NCBI RefSeq assembly: GCF_001194135.2
Contig: NC_068993.1
Coordinates: 31,949,241-31,986,339, forward strand
Source of the DNA: Octopus bimaculoides
Lineage: Eukaryota
Reading direction: 5' to 3'
DNA: 37,099 bases
Positions within the stretch are counted from its first letter, which is position 1, and each line of letters begins with the position of its first letter. Of this stretch, positions 36,001-37,099 are shown piece by piece. Both the position numbers and the translations under genes were made by a program. The notes under the pieces are model-generated. The model saw only the letters and a list, made by a program, of their open reading frames with translations. It had not been told where the DNA came from and ran no database searches.

Positions 36001-36004
36001 TATA

Positions 36005-36898
36005 ATTTAAGTATATAATTACAAAAATGTTATTATAATTAAGGGCACTGGAATGCCAGGGCATAAACACTAGAAATAGACGTCAAAAACCTACAGTCCC
36101 CTCTAATTTTTTTCTCTACTTATAACCCAAGGTCGAATACGAGGAAATGAGCAAGAAGATTTACAAATTTCGGACAATCCTATATCTTAAAATTTCGTGC
36201 TCTGAGATAAAGCAACAATACATAAGCAAAAATACATATATATGCCGATAAATTTTCGCGTACAGATACCAATATATACATGCATTTCGGCGTATATACT
36301 ACATCGAATTGCCGATCTCAGCGTTGTTGTTAATGTCAGAAATCATACGGGGCGTATACACTGTGCAGCATGGCGTAATGACTAGAGAACTCATACTTAT
36401 TTATACTTATAAACTGAGGATATAATCATTAACATGATTATATTGGTGGCTAGCGTATAAACGACCATATCAGTAAAATTAATTTTAAGTACCTAATTAT
36501 AAAAATATAATTATAATTAAGTGCACTGGAATGTCAGCAGCTATACGCTAGAAGTAGATGTCAAATACCGATAATCCATTCTAAATTTGTCTTCTATTTA
36601 TAACCCAAAGCCGAATGCGAGGAAATGAGCAAGAAGATTTTACAAATTTCAGATAATCCTATATCTTAAGCTTTTGTGCTCTTTACTGAAGATTACTCTG
36701 CACTCAACAGTAGAGATAAACCGAAAATACATAAATGAAAAATACATATACATACCGCTAAATTTTTACGTACAGATACATGTATGCAGTTCCCGCGTGT
36801 ATATTACATCTAATCACCCATCTCGCCCATGCTGTTATGGTCAGAAGTCATACGAAATAAATACAGTCCCACAGCATGATATAATGACTAGAGAACTA
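36005..36898 (+). repeat. Tandem duplication E (period about 478 bp), non-coding
   Basis: gcactggaatg at 36045 and 36523; gaggaaatgagcaagaagattt and aatgactagagaact occur in both copies; roughly 75% identity by eye. Confidence 0.85.
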
Positions 36899-37099
36899 TA
36901 TATATATATATACAAGAATAAGGGCAGAGAATCGTCAATTAATAATAGAATTAATAATTAACAATTTTGCCAAGTAGTTCAGTATGAAAAAAACCTTTAT
37001 AGGTAAAACTGGTGAGATGCCTGAACTCACTAGCCGATGAATTCGTAAGTGCCTTTCTTATCGTTGATTTTTGGTGTCGCATGGCCAAAAATTACCGTG

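Noticed and set aside
41-36005. Many listed ORFs rich in YI, CV, MYV, HT, poly-N/L/I or X
   Set aside because: They are translations of microsatellites or N-gaps, not genes.
31934-36898. Similar periods (about 474 and 478 bp) of tandem duplications D and E
   Set aside because: The units share no sequence similarity, so the match is treated as coincidence.
1-37099. CRISPR arrays, rRNA, tRNA or prokaryotic operons
   Set aside because: There are no regularly spaced repeats with unique spacers; tRNA-like boxes occur only as decayed SINE heads; the context is eukaryotic.

Overview
AT-rich, microsatellite-dense eukaryotic DNA from a gapped short-read assembly (8 N-runs). The repeat content (SINE types, (TA)n/(CA)n/(TATG)n/(AAT)n arrays) resembles a cephalopod, probably Octopus; this is recognition from memory, not a search result. 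No intact host protein-coding gene, rRNA, tRNA or CRISPR array is supportable. The window is mostly decayed transposons: RTE and RTE-BovB LINEs, three divergent L1/Tx1-like ORF1(+APE) copies, two tandem Hero-like (R2-superfamily) copies, several R4/Dong pieces, Penelope-like elements (PLEs), tRNA-derived SINEs, a MITE and an internally deleted mariner. The most notable structure is a young PLE remnant at 25718-27013. Its 223-bp inverted repeats (about 98% identical) each carry a type I hammerhead ribozyme with an unusually long stem II and a palindromic stem III, and they flank an open GIY-YIG C-terminal frame. A second hammerhead of similar architecture lies at 890-966. Several locally duplicated non-coding modules in the same orientation, one with promoter- and first-exon-like signals, are not explained by recognisable TEs. 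TE boundaries are approximate unless exact motifs are quoted.
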